Below, piece after piece: positions 1 through 10,130 of a stretch of 64,000 bases of DNA. Below the pieces are notes generated by a model. It ran no database searches. It saw nothing but the letters and a program-made list of their open reading frames with translations, and was not told the origin of the DNA. Each line of letters opens with the position of its first letter. The stretch's first letter is position 1. The stretch comes from an uncultured Myxococcales bacterium (GTDB lineage Bacteria; Myxococcota_A; UBA9042; CAZBRS01), in NCBI GenBank assembly GCA_964494475.1, contig CAZBRS010000018.1, positions 26,058 through 90,057 of the forward strand. The letters are read 5' to 3'. Both the position numbers and the translations under genes were made by a program.

Positions 1-3000
1 TCAACGACGACAGCGTCAACGTCGGCGACCTCTCGGCCTCCAACATCATCGGTTGGGAGTCCAACAACGTGTCGTGCACCGCCGACGCCGGCTGCCTCGC
101 CGCCGACGCGCGCTACCCGACCTGCCAGGCCACCAAGTGCTGGGGCCTGCAGCAGAAGATCGTGAACCCCGGCAAGTCGTTCGTGGTCTGCCGCGACGTG
201 GCGGCCAAGAACGCGGGCGTGCCCTGCTCGTACGTGATGTCGGCCACCGCGGCCTGGGGCCTCGGCAACTCGGGCGACACCGTGGCGCTCTTCGGGCCCG
301 ACCCCGACGGCACGCTGGGCGGCGGCGCGGCCGAGCCCGACCTCATCGACACCGTGACCTACTCGGCGGCCAAGGTGGTGACGGGCACGACGCTGGCCCT
401 GGCCCACCCCTACGTCGACAACGGCACCGACCTGCACTGGGTCGGCGCCGCCACCAACGTGCGCGTGAAGTACGACGCCTCGAACCAGGGCACGCCGCTC
501 AAGGTCAACAACGACGTGTTCGAGAAGGCGCTCATCGACGACGGCAGCGTGGCGACGTTCATCGACCTGTGCGATGACGCCAAGGACTGCACGCTCGGCC
601 TGTGCAACCTGAACGCGGCCAACTACTGCGGCCAGGTCCGGCTGAGCGGCTGCTGCGATCCGACCACGGCCACCAACGGCACGGGCTGCACGGCCGACGC
701 GCAGTGCACCACGGCGCCCTACACGGTGTGCGACCTCAGCCTCGGCAAGTGCGTGTCGGCCACGGCCCTCGCGCAGCAGTGCTCCGACGGCAACGCCTGC
801 ACCGTCGACAGCTGCGGCTCGTCCACGCTGACGTGCAACAACGGCACGGCCGACCCGGCCTGCTGCTCGAAGGACAGCGAGTGCGCCGACTACTACCCCG
901 AGAACCTCGACCTCGACGTCGACCTGGTGCCGCCGGTCGGTACCGTCAACGACCTCGACGAGACCGCCATCAAGGCGTCGTTCGACGAGATCGTCAACAA
1001 GAAGTGCGTGGGCCACAAGTGCCGCTACCGCAAGAACCCTGCGGCGCTCGGCGGCTGCATCGCCTCGACCTACGCGCTCGCGGCCTTCGCCTGCGACGAC
1101 AAGAACAGCTGCACCAAGAACGTGTGCACCTGCTCGACCGGCGCCGAGGGTGACTGCCGCAACGAGAACGCTGCCGACGGCTACTACAAGTGCGACTACG
1201 CCACGCCGACCACGGCGGGCGACGACTGCTGCTACGACGCCGCCGACTGCGCCGACGACGACCTGATCGTGGCCAAGCCGACGTGCGCCAAGGACAGCGA
1301 CTGCGGCGCGGCCCCGGCGCGCTGCTCGATCGACGGCAAGTGCTACGACGGCGTCGACAACGACCCGTCGACGGCCGAGAGCTGCTCGAACTACGAGTGC
1401 ACCACGAAGGCCAAGGACGGCTGGTGCGACGACAACGGCGACTGCAACAAGGGCACGATCTGCCAGGTGGGCACCTGCACCCTGGCGACCAACACGTGCG
1501 TCTACGCGGCCAACCCGGCCAAGGCCGGCTGCTGCGCCTCGAACGTCGACTGCATCAACGCCGAGATCGCCGACAAGGGCCAGAACCTGGCCTACACCAT
1601 CGACGTGTGCTGCGACAGCACGACCAACGCCATCGGCACCAACACGCAGCTCGACGCGCTCTGCGACGGCGTCGACGGCGCGCCGACGGCCGACCTGCCC
1701 CTGTGCGTCCACGCCACGGGCCAGAACTTCTGCGACACCAGCGCCGACTGCACCGCCGACGTGGGCAAGCGCTGCCTGACCGCCTACTGCGTGGCGCACC
1801 GCTGCCGCTTCGGGCTGCCCGAGCTCGACGGCAACCTCGGCACGACCCCGGCGAAGGAAGAGTGCTGCGATCCGACCCGGCCGCCCGTGGGCGGCGTGAA
1901 CCCCGACTGCCAGGACAACGACCCCTGCACCGTCGACGCCTGCGTCACGGTGGCGGGCCAGCCGACGTTCGGCTACTGCACGCACGTCGCCGACGCGGCC
2001 AAGCCCGCGTGCTGCAACAAGACCGAGGACTGCACGGCCAGCACCACCGACTGCACGCAGACGGCGTGCCAGTTCGACGCCACGGCCGGCTACAAGAAGT
2101 GCAAGGACTTCGACCTGCTGGCCCTCGGCCTCTGCTGCGCGGCCAACGCCGACTGCGACGACGCCAACGCCTGCACGCTCGATGTCTGCCAGGACGAGAA
2201 CTGCCGGCACACCAAGCCGGTCGAGGAGTGCTGCACGAAGGTGACCGAGTGCCCGCCCACCGGCGACATCTGCTCGACCAAGAGCTGCCCGCTCGCGGGC
2301 GACACCGGCGCGTGCACCCTGTCGGCGGTCGCGGGCTGCACGGCCCCGCTGCCCTACCAGCAGGACTTCGAGTTCGCGCACGAGTTCTACAACGACGCGT
2401 TCACCGACGAGGCGCTGGTCGGCTGGACGGCGCAGGGCCAGGCCACCGCGGCGTGGGCGCCCTCCGACGCCCTCGGCCAGAACCACTCGAAGCACCTGCG
2501 CTTCTCGCCGGCCGACGTCGTGGCGGCCGACACGGGCGCCTGCGTGGCCCTGCCCAAGCTGAACACCACGGGTCAGTCGGCGGCCGTGGTGGCCTTCTAC
2601 CACGCCCTCGACGTGGCGGCGACGCAGGGCGCGGTGACCCTCACCGTCCAGGCGCGTCAGAAGACCTCGAGCAGCTGGGAGACCATCTGGACGAACAACG
2701 CCGCGCTCGACGTGGCCGAGGTCGACGTGTACGCGCCGGTGGCGGCCAAGTACCTCGGCTCGGTCGAGACGGGCGTCCGCTTCTGCCTGACCAGCACCAC
2801 CGTCGTGGCCGGCACCTACTGGACGCTCGATGACGTCAAGGTGGTGCGCGGCAGCCTGCCGACGCTCGTGACCAACATCACCGACAAGGTGGTGGCGAAG
2901 GGCGCCGACCTGCTGATCAACGACGTGGACGCCTACGACCAGGACTTCGACACCGTGTCGTACAGCCTGGTGGGCGCCCCGGCGTTCGTGACGCTGACCG

Positions 3001-3182
3001 ACTTCCACACGGCGTCGGTGCTCGCGGTCACCCACACGTACATCGACGTCCAGGTGACCGACGCCGAGTGCGAAGGCGTGGGCGGTGACAACGTGTACCC
3101 GATCACGCTGAAGATCTCCGACGGGTTCCTCAACGTCTACGAGACCTTCAACCTGACCGTGACCGGCTGCAGCGGCCTCTAG
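1..3182 (+). CDS. Secreted cysteine-rich repeat protein, 5'-partial (lamin-tail-domain-like piece, long Cys-rich region, C-terminal cadherin/Ig-like segment)
   Basis: The frame of listed ORF 69..3182 stays open back to nt 3, so the gene runs off the window. LTD-like motif GNSGDTVALFGPD...DTVTY. Dozens of Cys in recurring C..C..D..C units. Tail DVDAYDQDFDTVSYSLVGAPAFVTL resembles cadherin-like domains. Confidence 0.7.
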   Translation, partial: NDDSVNVGDLSASNIIGWESNNVSCTADAGCLAADARYPTCQATKCWGLQQKIVNPGKSFVVCRDVAAKNAGVPCSYVMSATAAWGLGNSGDTVALFGPDPDGTLGGGAAEPDLIDTVTYSAAKVVTGTTLALAHPYVDNGTDLHWVGAATNVRVKYDASNQGTPLKVNNDVFEKALIDDGSVATFIDLCDDAKDCTLGLCNLNAANYCGQVRLSGCCDPTTATNGTGCTADAQCTTAPYTVCDLSLGKCVSATALAQQCSDGNACTVDSCGSSTLTCNNGTADPACCSKDSECADYYPENLDLDVDLVPPVGTVNDLDETAIKASFDEIVNKKCVGHKCRYRKNPAALGGCIASTYALAAFACDDKNSCTKNVCTCSTGAEGDCRNENAADGYYKCDYATPTTAGDDCCYDAADCADDDLIVAKPTCAKDSDCGAAPARCSIDGKCYDGVDNDPSTAESCSNYECTTKAKDGWCDDNGDCNKGTICQVGTCTLATNTCVYAANPAKAGCCASNVDCINAEIADKGQNLAYTIDVCCDSTTNAIGTNTQLDALCDGVDGAPTADLPLCVHATGQNFCDTSADCTADVGKRCLTAYCVAHRCRFGLPELDGNLGTTPAKEECCDPTRPPVGGVNPDCQDNDPCTVDACVTVAGQPTFGYCTHVADAAKPACCNKTEDCTASTTDCTQTACQFDATAGYKKCKDFDLLALGLCCAANADCDDANACTLDVCQDENCRHTKPVEECCTKVTECPPTGDICSTKSCPLAGDTGACTLSAVAGCTAPLPYQQDFEFAHEFYNDAFTDEALVGWTAQGQATAAWAPSDALGQNHSKHLRFSPADVVAADTGACVALPKLNTTGQSAAVVAFYHALDVAATQGAVTLTVQARQKTSSSWETIWTNNAALDVAEVDVYAPVAAKYLGSVETGVRFCLTSTTVVAGTYWTLDDVKVVRGSLPTLVTNITDKVVAKGADLLINDVDAYDQDFDTVSYSLVGAPAFVTLTDFHTASVLAVTHTYIDVQVTDAECEGVGGDNVYPITLKISDGFLNVYETFNLTVTGCSGL

Positions 3183-3194
3183 GTTCTCTCTCGG

Positions 3195-3230
3195 GGGGAG
3201 GGGAGCCCCGTGCTCCCTTCCCCCTTTTCT
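3195..3230 (+). terminator. Rho-independent-like terminator after the Cys-rich gene
   Basis: 11-bp stem GGGGAGGGGAG / CTCCCTTCCCC (one G-U pair), 7-nt loop, followed by CTTTTCT. Confidence 0.55.
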
Positions 3231-3248
3231 CCTCTCTCTCCCAAAAAC

Positions 3249-3276
3249 TTGCCGAAGCCCCGGGCGGCCCTAGAAT
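3249..3276 (+). promoter_or_regulatory. Sigma-70-like promoter candidate (TTGCCG-N16-TAGAAT)
   Basis: Hexamers at 3249-3254 and 3271-3276, 33 nt upstream of the ATG at 3309. Supports the internal start over 3210. Confidence 0.4.
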
Positions 3277-3308
3277 CGAGCCCGAATCAACTGGCGCGGT
3301 GCGGGTCC

Positions 3309-3932
3309 ATGCGCGTTCCGCTCGTCTTCCACGTCGACGAGGTGCTGCTCCCGCACAGCAGCACATCGCTGAAGCTCCGTGACGCCCGCCGTGGCATCCT
3401 CGACTACGTCGCCCAGTCCGAGGACGGCACGGTCTTCCTGACCGATCTCGAGGGCAAGGCCGGCACGCTCTCGCGCATCGTGCGCCTGCAGCCGCAGGGC
3501 GAAGAGGGCGTGTACGTGGGCAGCGTGCTCGGGATCGAGCGCGGGCTGCTGACGCGCCGCTTCGTGTCCGACGAGTACCGCATCGAGTTCGGCGACATCC
3601 AGACGTTCCCGGAGCCCTCCGAGGAGGACCGGGTGGCGGCGGCCGATTTCCTGCGTTGGCTGGACCCCGCGTTGCTGCAGCTGCCCGACGGGCTGGCCGA
3701 GATCGGCCTGGCGGCGCTGCGCCTGCGCGACGTGACCGAGCCCGTGGCCTACCTGTACCGCGTGGCGTCGCTCTTCCTGCGCTCGTCGCCCGCGCGCAAG
3801 GAGTTCCTGCTGCTCACCGACGTGGGCGAGCAGGTGGGGTACCTGCTGCAGGTGATCCGGCGCGCGTGCCTGACCGGCGAGCTGTCCGGATGGACCCCGA
3901 AGCCCGTGGGCGCAGAGCGCGTCCCCCACTGA
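3309..3932 (+). CDS. Hypothetical protein, Lon N-terminal (PUA-like) domain-like
   Basis: MRVPLVFHVDEVLLP...GTLSRIV...GIERG layout loosely resembles the LON substrate-binding domain. Start chosen at the internal ATG downstream of the promoter candidate. Confidence 0.45.
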   Translation: MRVPLVFHVDEVLLPHSSTSLKLRDARRGILDYVAQSEDGTVFLTDLEGKAGTLSRIVRLQPQGEEGVYVGSVLGIERGLLTRRFVSDEYRIEFGDIQTFPEPSEEDRVAAADFLRWLDPALLQLPDGLAEIGLAALRLRDVTEPVAYLYRVASLFLRSSPARKEFLLLTDVGEQVGYLLQVIRRACLTGELSGWTPKPVGAERVPH

Positions 3933-3934
3933 CC

Positions 3935-4903
3935 ATGCAGCCGTCTCCGCTGGTGGAGGTGCGAGACCTTTCGCTCGCGGTGCGCGGCGCCGACGGTCTC
4001 TGCCCGGTCGTCTCGGGGGTGTCGTTCTCCCTCGATCGCGGCGAGTGCCTGGCCCTGGTGGGAGAGTCTGGCTCGGGCAAGACCCTCACGGCCTTCTCGC
4101 TGCTCGGCCTCTACCCTTCTCCTGACCTCGTGCAGACCGGCGGGACGATCACGTTCGAGGGCGTGGAGCACGCCAGCCGCTCGCCCGAGGCGCTGCGACG
4201 CCTGCGCGGTCGGCGCCTGGGCATGGTCTTCCAGGAGCCCGCGCAGGCGCTGAACCCGGTGCGGCGCGTCGAAGACCACCTCGCGGAGGTGCTGGCCGCG
4301 CACGACGTGTGCGCGCCCCGCGAGCGGCGGGCGCGCATGCTGCGGGGGCTCGAGGAGGCCGGGCTCCGCGACCCGGAGGTCGTGCTCCGCATGTACCCGT
4401 TCGAGCTCAGCGGGGGCATGATGCAGCGCGTGTGCATCGCGCTGGCGCTCATCGCCGACCCCGTCGTGCTCATCGCCGACGAGCCCACCACCGCGCTCGA
4501 CCCCGAGGTCTCGGCGCGCATCGTCGACAGCTTCGCCGCGCTCCGCAGGTCGCGCGAGCTGGCCATCCTGTACATCTCGCACGACCTGCACGTCGTCGGT
4601 CGCCTGGCCGATCGGGTGGGCGTCATGTACCTGGGCCGCCTGGTCGAGCTCGGACCCGCCGCCGAGGTCCTCCGTACGCCCAGGCATCCCTATACCCGCG
4701 GGCTCCTCGACGCGCTCACGCCCGACGGGCACGGGCGCTTCCGCACCATCCCGGGCGATCCCCGCGACCGGCCGCCGACCGAGGGTGCCTGCCCGTTCCT
4801 GCCGCGCTGCGGGCGGGCCGACGCCGCGTGCGCGACGGGTCCCTCGCTCGGTGGCGACGAACGGCGCGTGGTCGCGTGCCACCACCCCCTGGAGGCCCCA
4901 TGA
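3935..4903 (+). CDS. ABC transporter ATP-binding protein, oligopeptide/dipeptide (DppD/OppD) type
   Basis: Walker A GESGSGKT, signature LSGGMMQR, Walker B LIADEPTTALD, oligopeptide-type C-terminal tail (PRHPYTRGLL...CPFLPRC). Confidence 0.85.
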   Translation: MQPSPLVEVRDLSLAVRGADGLCPVVSGVSFSLDRGECLALVGESGSGKTLTAFSLLGLYPSPDLVQTGGTITFEGVEHASRSPEALRRLRGRRLGMVFQEPAQALNPVRRVEDHLAEVLAAHDVCAPRERRARMLRGLEEAGLRDPEVVLRMYPFELSGGMMQRVCIALALIADPVVLIADEPTTALDPEVSARIVDSFAALRRSRELAILYISHDLHVVGRLADRVGVMYLGRLVELGPAAEVLRTPRHPYTRGLLDALTPDGHGRFRTIPGDPRDRPPTEGACPFLPRCGRADAACATGPSLGGDERRVVACHHPLEAP

Positions 4904-5631
4904 CGGCGCAGGAGGTGGTGCTCGACGTCCGCGGCGTCTCGAAGGTCTTCACGAAGCGCGTGGGGGCCATGCCGTGGCAACGGCGCGAGCTGCACGCGCT
5001 GGCCGACGTGAGCCTGCAGGTGCGGCGTGGCGAGATCGTGGCGCTGGTCGGCGAGAGCGGCAGCGGCAAGAGCACGCTCGGGCGGTTGGCGCTCGGCGTG
5101 GGGCGGCCGAGCGCGGGCTCGATCCACCTGCTGGGGCACGACCTCCAGCGCGCCGGCCGCGGCGAGTGGCGGGCCCTGCGGCAGCGCGCGCAGATGATCT
5201 TCCAGGACCCGTTCTCGAGCCTGAACCCCTACCTGACCGTGCAGCAGGCCGTGAGCGAGGCGCCGCTGGCGCACGGGCGCTGGGTAAGGCGCGAAGCGGC
5301 GGACCGGGCCGGGGCGCTGCTCGAGAGCGTGGGGCTCGGCCGCGACGATCTGGGCAAGCGCCCGCACCAGTTCAGCGGGGGGCAGCGCCAGCGGCTGGTG
5401 ATCGCGCGCGCTTTGGCTCTGGACCCCGAGTTCCTGGTGGCCGACGAGCCCGTGAGCGCGCTCGATCGCAGCGTGGCGGCCCAGGTCTTGAACCTGCTCC
5501 TCGACCTGCGCGAGCGCCTTGGGCTCACCTACCTGCTCATCTCGCACGACCTCGCCGTGGTGAACGCCGTGGCCGACCGCGTGGTCACGCTGCGCGCGGG
5601 CCGCGTCGAGAGCGAGGTCGCGCCGGCATGA
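4900..5631 (+). CDS. ABC transporter ATP-binding protein, DppF/OppF type
   Basis: GESGSGKST, FSGGQRQR, LVADEPVSALD. ATGA start/stop overlap with the upstream gene. Confidence 0.85.
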   Translation: MTAQEVVLDVRGVSKVFTKRVGAMPWQRRELHALADVSLQVRRGEIVALVGESGSGKSTLGRLALGVGRPSAGSIHLLGHDLQRAGRGEWRALRQRAQMIFQDPFSSLNPYLTVQQAVSEAPLAHGRWVRREAADRAGALLESVGLGRDDLGKRPHQFSGGQRQRLVIARALALDPEFLVADEPVSALDRSVAAQVLNLLLDLRERLGLTYLLISHDLAVVNAVADRVVTLRAGRVESEVAPA

Positions 5632-6227
5632 AACCTTTTCTGCTGCTGCTCGTCGTACTCTTCGGGAAGCGGCTCCGCAAGGAGCCCGACGAGGAGCTGC
5701 TGCGCCGCTTCGCCGAGGGCGAGGCCGAAGCCATCGGCGTGCTGTACGATCGGCACGGGCGGTTCCTGCTGCGCTACGTGGGGATGTACATGGGTTCGTG
5801 GAGCCACGCCGAGGATGTGCTGCAGGAGGCCTTCGCGCGCCTGATGAGCGTGGTCGAGCAGGGCGGGCAGATCCAGAACGCGCGCGCCTTCCTGACCGTC
5901 ACGTGCCGCAACCTGGCCATCGACCAGGCCCGCCGCGGGAAGCGCTTCGCCGGGCCCTCGCTCGACGACGATCCGCTGCCGGCGAACGAGCCCCGCGAGG
6001 AGCGAGGTCCCCTCGACGACGTGACCGATCGCGAGTTCGCGGCGCGGCTGGCGCGCGCCCTCGAGGGGCTGCCCGAGGAGCAGCGCGACGCGTTCCTCCT
6101 GAAGGAGTCGCTGGGGTACAAGTTCCGCGAGATCGCCGAGGTGACGGGGGTGACCGAGAGCACCGTGAAGAGCCGGCTGCGCTACGCGCTCACGAAGCTG
6201 CAGGCCGAGCTCGGGGATTTCGCATGA
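5628..6227 (+). CDS. ECF-family RNA polymerase sigma factor
   Basis: Region 2 (LLRRFAEGEAEAIGVLYDRH...AEDVLQEAF) and region 4 HTH (YKFREIAEVTGVTESTVKSRL). ATGA overlap with the upstream ABC gene. Confidence 0.8.
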   Translation: MKPFLLLLVVLFGKRLRKEPDEELLRRFAEGEAEAIGVLYDRHGRFLLRYVGMYMGSWSHAEDVLQEAFARLMSVVEQGGQIQNARAFLTVTCRNLAIDQARRGKRFAGPSLDDDPLPANEPREERGPLDDVTDREFAARLARALEGLPEEQRDAFLLKESLGYKFREIAEVTGVTESTVKSRLRYALTKLQAELGDFA

Positions 6228-7720
6228 GCGACGACCGCGAACAGCGCCTGGTCGAGGCCATCTACGGCGAGGGCGCCGCTGCCCCCGAAGACGCCGCCGA
6301 GGCTCTGCGCTTGAAGGCGTTCCGCGAGGGGCTCGCGAGCCGGTTGGGCGACGTACAGCCGCCCTCCGAGGTGCGCGCGCGGCTGGTCGCCGAGGCCCGG
6401 GCGCGGCTGCGGGCGCGGCGTTCGCCGTGGACGGTGTGGGCGCTGCGCCTGGCGCCTGTCGCGACCGTCGTTCTCGTGGTGGGGGTCTGGCTCACGGTGC
6501 AGCCGCGCTTCGACGAGTCGGAGCGCGCCACCCCCGAACAAGCGGCCGCGCGCGCGGTGGACGAATGGGCGGCGGCGAAGACGCCGGCCGCTCCTGCGGC
6601 CGAGCCGCCTGCGCCCGTCGACCTCTCGAAGGCCGCGCCGGCGGCGGTGGTCACGAAACCGGGGCCGGTGGTCACGGCCGCTTCAGCGGGCGACGCGCCG
6701 GCTCCGGAGCCCGCCGACACGCCGGTGGCGGCGGGGCAGAAGGAAGAGGCGGCGACCCGCAAGTTCGACCTGGCGCCCCATGAGGGACCCAAGGCGACCG
6801 CCACGAGGCTGCAGCGCGCGCGGCTGGCCAAGGAGCTGGAGGCGCTCGGCGCCCTGAAGCCGGGGGCCGGCGAAGGCAAGGTCGCCGACCTGTTCAGCGC
6901 GGGCACCGGCCGGGGCTCCGCCCCGGAGAACGCGCTGGTGAGCGCCGAGCTGGGGCCTCGCGGCGACTCGCGTGGCCTCGCGGAGAGCGGCTCGCTGGGC
7001 GCGTCGGGCGGCGGCTCCGTAGCCGGGGGCAGCGTGGGCGGCCTCGGCCAACTGGGCCGGCGTGGCGGGTCCCCCGGCAAGGGCGGCGCGGGCCTGGCCG
7101 ACGACACCGACGCGCGCGCCGAGGGGCAGTCGTCGGTCCGGCCGGCGAAGGCCAGGGCGCCGGTCGCCGACGCGGGGCTGGTGGCCGGCGAGGACCTGGC
7201 CTCGGTCGCCTACCGGCAGGCCGCGCCGCGGCGCGACGAGGTGCAGAGCGCGGAACAGGAGGCGGACGAGGCTCCGGCCGAGGCGTTGGCCGAGGCCCGG
7301 GAGGCGACGCCGGCGGCCGCCCCGACGGCGAGCGCGATGGCCGTGGCCACGGCCTCGGCGCCTGCGCGGAAACCCGCTCCCGACGCCGCGGTGACGGCGG
7401 ATCCGGACGACGGCGAGGCTACCGAGAAGAAGGCGGAGCAGGCGGCCCCCGCGGCTCCGAAGCCCGCGGCGCAGGGCTGGTCGGCGCCAGCGGCCCCGGC
7501 AGAGCCGGATCACGACGCGTCGTGCCTGGCGCTCGAGAGGGCCCTGGCACGCGCGACCACGCCCGCCGCCCGGGTCGACGCGGCGCTGGCGCTGGCCGAC
7601 TGCCGCAAGCGGGCCGGCGTGGCCGGGCTCGCGAAGCGGTTGCTCGAAGACCTGCTGGACGACACCACCCTCGACGCTCCGCTCCGCGAGCGCGTGCAGG
7701 ATGCCCTGCGCCGCCTCTGA
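6224..7720 (+). CDS. Putative anti-sigma factor, single-pass membrane protein with Ala/Pro/Gly-rich extracytoplasmic region
   Basis: ATGA overlap with the sigma gene. TM segment WALRLAPVATVVLVVGVWL after a ~70-aa cytoplasmic part. Low-complexity remainder. Confidence 0.55.
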   Translation: MSDDREQRLVEAIYGEGAAAPEDAAEALRLKAFREGLASRLGDVQPPSEVRARLVAEARARLRARRSPWTVWALRLAPVATVVLVVGVWLTVQPRFDESERATPEQAAARAVDEWAAAKTPAAPAAEPPAPVDLSKAAPAAVVTKPGPVVTAASAGDAPAPEPADTPVAAGQKEEAATRKFDLAPHEGPKATATRLQRARLAKELEALGALKPGAGEGKVADLFSAGTGRGSAPENALVSAELGPRGDSRGLAESGSLGASGGGSVAGGSVGGLGQLGRRGGSPGKGGAGLADDTDARAEGQSSVRPAKARAPVADAGLVAGEDLASVAYRQAAPRRDEVQSAEQEADEAPAEALAEAREATPAAAPTASAMAVATASAPARKPAPDAAVTADPDDGEATEKKAEQAAPAAPKPAAQGWSAPAAPAEPDHDASCLALERALARATTPAARVDAALALADCRKRAGVAGLAKRLLEDLLDDTTLDAPLRERVQDALRRL

Positions 7721-7842
7721 TCGAAGCCCGTGACATTCCGGGCGGCTGCGTGTAGAGAAATTGCTCGGTTCGCGAGCCCGGCGGGGGCCGCCCGGATCGT
7801 GGAGCCCGCGTTCTTTCACGGGGAACGCGGTTCGGCGGGCCG

Positions 7843-7858
7843 TGGCACGGGGATTGCT
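7843..7858 (+). promoter_or_regulatory. Sigma-54 (-24/-12) promoter
   Basis: TGGCACG-GGGA-TTGCT matches the consensus TGGCACG-N4-TTGCW exactly. Lies 20-33 nt upstream of the lipoprotein start codons. Confidence 0.65.
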
Positions 7859-7890
7859 GGTAACGACGTCGCACGGAAATGGGGGGAACG

Positions 7891-9447
7891 ATGGGAAGGG
7901 CCCGTCCGACAGCAAGGCTTCTGGTTCCCTGGCTGGGGCTGCTGGTGCTGGCGGCCTGTTACGAGCGCCCGAGCGAGCTCGACGGGGCGCTGCAGGGGCA
8001 GGCCTCGTTCGCGCTGGGTTCGCGCATGCTCTACCTGCGCGCGAGCCCGGCCGAGGCCGTGCTGCTCGACTTCTCGGGGGCGGAGCCGCGCCGCTTCTCG
8101 TGGCCCTTCGCGTGCGACGTGGGTCCGTCCCGGGTCCTGGCCGACCTCAGCCTGGCCTTGATCTGCTGGGGCGACGCGTCGGAGTTGAGGGTGCTCCGCG
8201 TCGACGCCGACGGCGCGCCGATCTGGAGCGTCTATCCGCTGCCCAGCGCGTACTCGAGCCTGGCGGCGTCCGACGACGGGCGCTGGCTCGTGGCCTTCTT
8301 CGGTCCGGGCGCGTCGAGCGGCCACCTGTTCCAGAACGCGAGCGAGGTGACGGTGGTCGACGCCGCGGCCGAGCCCTCCGAGGCGAACCCGTCGACCCGC
8401 GTGCTCGATCTGCGCGACCGCGATCCCCTCGACGTGACCGTGGGCCCCGAGTTCGAGCACGAGGGCGCGCGGGGGCGCCTGGCGGTGGTCGAGGCCCCGT
8501 CGCTGCTCGCCGTGTTCAACCTGCTGGCGCCCGGCGACGGCGCCGACGTGGTGCCCCTGGTCCCGTCGGGCAGCCTGACGGCGATCCAGCCCGACCGGCT
8601 GCGCTTCTTCGCCGATCGCCCCGACGGCAAGCTCGACCTCTACGTGGGCGCGTCCCAGTCGTCCGACATCTTCGAGGTGCTCTTCGCCGCCGATCCGACC
8701 GGGGTCGGCACGTCGGCGCCGGACTTCGCATCAACCATCCGCCTGCTCACGCTCCCGAGCCCGCCCGCCGACTTCCTGCCCTTCGTCGATCACGACGGGC
8801 TCGTTCGGGTGGCGGCGCTCAGCACGGCGACGCAAGACGTGTACCTCTTCGCGCCCGACCAGGGGCTGCAGCGGGTGAACCGCATGCCCTACCGCTTCAC
8901 GAGCATGGCGCCGGTGCTGCGCGGCGACGGCCGGGCGCACTTCCTGCTGTCGGCCCCGGGCAACACCCAGATGGGGCGGCTGCTCGCCGACTTCGACGTG
9001 GCCGAGGCCGATGCCAAGAGCGCCGACACGTTCACGCTCGTCGAGCTCGGCGATCTGGCCTCGTCGCTGCAGGCCGTCGAGGGTACCCCGACCTTCGTGG
9101 TGCGCCACGGCGCCGACTCGCTCACCCTGCTCGACGGCGTGACCCACGCGCGCAGCCTGGTCAAGGAGCTCGGCGCCATCCGCGACGCCCGCCTGGTGGG
9201 CGACACCTTCCACGTGCTCACCGACATCGGCGGGGGCTCGGCCTACGGCCGGCTCGACGTCGTCCACCACGAGTCGGTCACCGTCGACGTGCCGAGCTCG
9301 ACCACGCACTTCCTGGGGGTGGGCGACGACCTGACGCTCTTCGGGCTGGAGGGCGGGCCCGGGGGCGCGCTGCTCGGCGTGCGCGGCGGGCCGGGAGAGC
9401 CCGAGGTGCTGGAGTGGCGCGGCTTCCTGCTCGACGGACACCTGTGA
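7891..9447 (+). CDS. Lipoprotein, function unknown
   Basis: Signal MGRARPTARLLVPWLGLLVLAAC with a lipobox. An alternative ATG at 7879 is too close to the predicted sigma-54 start site. G-rich RBS before 7891. Confidence 0.6.
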   Translation: MGRARPTARLLVPWLGLLVLAACYERPSELDGALQGQASFALGSRMLYLRASPAEAVLLDFSGAEPRRFSWPFACDVGPSRVLADLSLALICWGDASELRVLRVDADGAPIWSVYPLPSAYSSLAASDDGRWLVAFFGPGASSGHLFQNASEVTVVDAAAEPSEANPSTRVLDLRDRDPLDVTVGPEFEHEGARGRLAVVEAPSLLAVFNLLAPGDGADVVPLVPSGSLTAIQPDRLRFFADRPDGKLDLYVGASQSSDIFEVLFAADPTGVGTSAPDFASTIRLLTLPSPPADFLPFVDHDGLVRVAALSTATQDVYLFAPDQGLQRVNRMPYRFTSMAPVLRGDGRAHFLLSAPGNTQMGRLLADFDVAEADAKSADTFTLVELGDLASSLQAVEGTPTFVVRHGADSLTLLDGVTHARSLVKELGAIRDARLVGDTFHVLTDIGGGSAYGRLDVVHHESVTVDVPSSTTHFLGVGDDLTLFGLEGGPGGALLGVRGGPGEPEVLEWRGFLLDGHL

Positions 9448-9458
9448 GGAGGCCCGCC

Positions 9459-10112
9459 ATGAGACGCATGCTGCCGATCCTCTTCGTGCTGCTGGTCCCG
9501 GCGTCGCTCGGCGCGCGTGACCTCGAGATCTTCGTGGGGGCGCGGGGCGGCCTCACGTTGTCGCACGGCTTCATCGACCAGTTCGACCGCCGCACCGTGT
9601 CGAGCCCTCACGTGGGGCTGGCCGTCGAGGTGTTCGACGATCTGCTGGTCGAGGTGAGCTACGCGACGTTGCGGGCCGAGGGCCGGGTGTTCCAGGAGTA
9701 CGCCACCGAATGGTCGGCCCACGCCGCCGAGGTGGGGGCGCGCTACGTGTGGCCCGTGCTGCCGTGGCTGCGGCCCTATGCGCGGCTGACCGGGGGCGTG
9801 CTCTTCGAGACGTACACGCTGGAGGGGCCCGGTCTCGAGGTGCGCGCGAAGCAGGTCGGCTTCGAGGTGCTGCCCCTCGCGGGCCTCGAGGTGCTGTGGC
9901 CCACCGACGCGCTGGCCGCCAACGAGGGGCTGTTCGACAAGGCCACGGGCGGGATCTATCTGGAGCTGGGGTACCGCTACGTGCTGCCGTTCGACGTGGG
10001 CCGCCGCGCGCCGGCCAGCGGGTTCGAGGGCGCGACCTCGACGCCGCTCGACCTGGGCGCCTTCGACGTGCAGGGCTTCGTGTTCGGTGGCGGCTTCGTG
10101 GGTCATTTCTGA
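9459..10112 (+). CDS. Outer-membrane beta-barrel-like protein
   Basis: Signal peptide MRRMLPILFVLLVPASLGA, alternating amphipathic strands, C-terminal ...GGGFVGHF ending in Phe. Confidence 0.5.
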   Translation: MRRMLPILFVLLVPASLGARDLEIFVGARGGLTLSHGFIDQFDRRTVSSPHVGLAVEVFDDLLVEVSYATLRAEGRVFQEYATEWSAHAAEVGARYVWPVLPWLRPYARLTGGVLFETYTLEGPGLEVRAKQVGFEVLPLAGLEVLWPTDALAANEGLFDKATGGIYLELGYRYVLPFDVGRRAPASGFEGATSTPLDLGAFDVQGFVFGGGFVGHF

Positions 10113-10130
10113 TTCGGGCGGGAGGATACC

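Noticed and set aside
53-577. 174-aa ORF in an alternative frame at the window start
   Set aside because: It is fully nested in the Cys-rich protein gene, and its Arg/Gly-rich translation has no features.
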